Assembly (NCBI GenBank): GCA_000388065.2
Contig: KB932202.1
Length of the DNA stretch: 64,000 nt
Strand: one strand, 5' to 3'
Origin: Fonticula alba ATCC 38817
Taxonomy: Eukaryota; Protista; Nucleariida
This document shows positions 63,401 to 64,000 of this stretch, piece by piece; the stretch's first letter is position 1; each line of letters starts with the position of its first letter. A model generated the notes under the pieces. It searched no databases. It saw only the letters and a program-made list of their open reading frames with translations, and was not told where the DNA came from. A program made the position numbers and the translations under genes.

Positions 63401-63962
63401 NNNNNNNNNNNNNNNNNNNNNNNNNNNNNNNNNNNNNNNNNNNNNNNGATCACCCGGCGGTGCGGGACGTACCAACGACGTGGCCATGCGGACATCGTCC
63501 AGCGGGATGTCGGATGGGGATGAGCTGGGCAGTGGCAGACCATCGGCCGACATGCACCGGATCAGGTAGCAGATCACCTCGAGAATGTGCCTGCCGTAGG
63601 TGGAGCCGTGGCTGGCGGCGGTCTCGGCCACGATGGCATTGATCATATGGACGTAGGTTTCGGTGATGCTGGGCGGCCGAGCGAGACGAGGGAAGGGCGG
63701 CGGGAGGGTAGGTGAGCGACAGGACGTGGGCTTGCCATGGTGGCAAGGGGGTGGGGGCGGCCACGCCCATGCGATAGGGGACGCACGGCAGCTCACGGGC
63801 ACGGTGACTCTCGATCAGACTCGCCTGGATGAAGAGCATCAACCGGGACAACTTCTCCGGCCGGGTGGACGCATAGTGCACCAGCTGGGCCAGCTGGGTC
63901 TCATTCATGTGGCTTTGTGACTCCCCCCGAGGGGGGAGGACCGAAAGGACCAGACGTTGGAA
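57481..63962 (-). CDS. EFR3: EFR3 homolog (plasma-membrane scaffold of the PI4KIIIa/Stt4 complex); 5' exon(s) outside window
   Basis: FQRLVLSVLPP..QLAQLVHYASTRPEKLSRLMLFI resembles EFR3 YKRLVDNIFP..KLTFYAVSAPEKLDRIGSYL (reference recalled from memory). It is followed by helical-repeat exons such as RLALAALRAIC and ends ..SQEERRAA* at 57481. Confidence 0.75.
60666..60760. repeat. 95-bp perfect duplication, copy 1 (copy 2 at 63448-63542)
   Basis: GATCACCCGGCGG..GTGGCAGACCA is identical in both places; each copy abuts an N-gap on its inner side. Confidence 0.95.
62124..63247. repeat. Diverged tandem repeat, two units of about 552-572 bp
   Basis: TGTAACCATrATGTCACCTCCGAC.. at 62124 and 62676; GCACCTTGA..AAAGACGCAG blocks in both units; GGTGACCCTCTC..CAGAATCACAT..GCGTTTCA at 62583 and 63155. 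Confidence 0.85.
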
Positions 63963-64000
63963 CTGCAAGTGGGGAAGCGGAGGAGCGGGGGGGGGGGGGG

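Noticed and set aside
1-64000. CRISPR arrays, rRNA, transposase/RT/integrase ORFs, recoded stop codons
   Set aside because: None seen; the gene models translate with the standard code in the regions I checked.

Overview
GC-rich, intron-rich eukaryotic draft-genome window with 12 N-gaps, most bordered by G/C homopolymers. The low-Mr thioredoxin reductase, opisthokont-like housekeeping proteins, a LIN54-type CXC protein and C-rich introns suggest a unicellular opisthokont such as Fonticula; this is inference, not verified. I support 15 spliced protein genes: TrxR (3' truncated), an orphan 4-TM protein, ETF-beta, NAD-IDH catalytic subunit, NEMF/Rqc2, a LETM1-like protein, a LIN54/tesmin CXC protein with a 35-Q tract, NAT10/Kre33, SPT4, TFIIA large subunit, TOM40, an orphan PH/PTB-like protein with DPF motifs, OGDH E1, an orphan helical-repeat plus SPRY-like protein, and EFR3 (5' end outside the window). 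There are four tRNA genes (Ile-AAT x2, Leu-AAG, Arg-ACG). I found no CRISPR array, rRNA or recognisable transposase. The main leads are: (1) a 5' splice-site consensus dominated by +4 C (GTGCGT/GTACGY); (2) a possible endocytic adaptor; (3) a 95-bp duplication in EFR3 enclosing a diverged ~560-bp tandem repeat with AT-biased transitions; (4) a compact SPT4 with an acidic tail. Exon boundaries were read by hand and may be off by a few bases.
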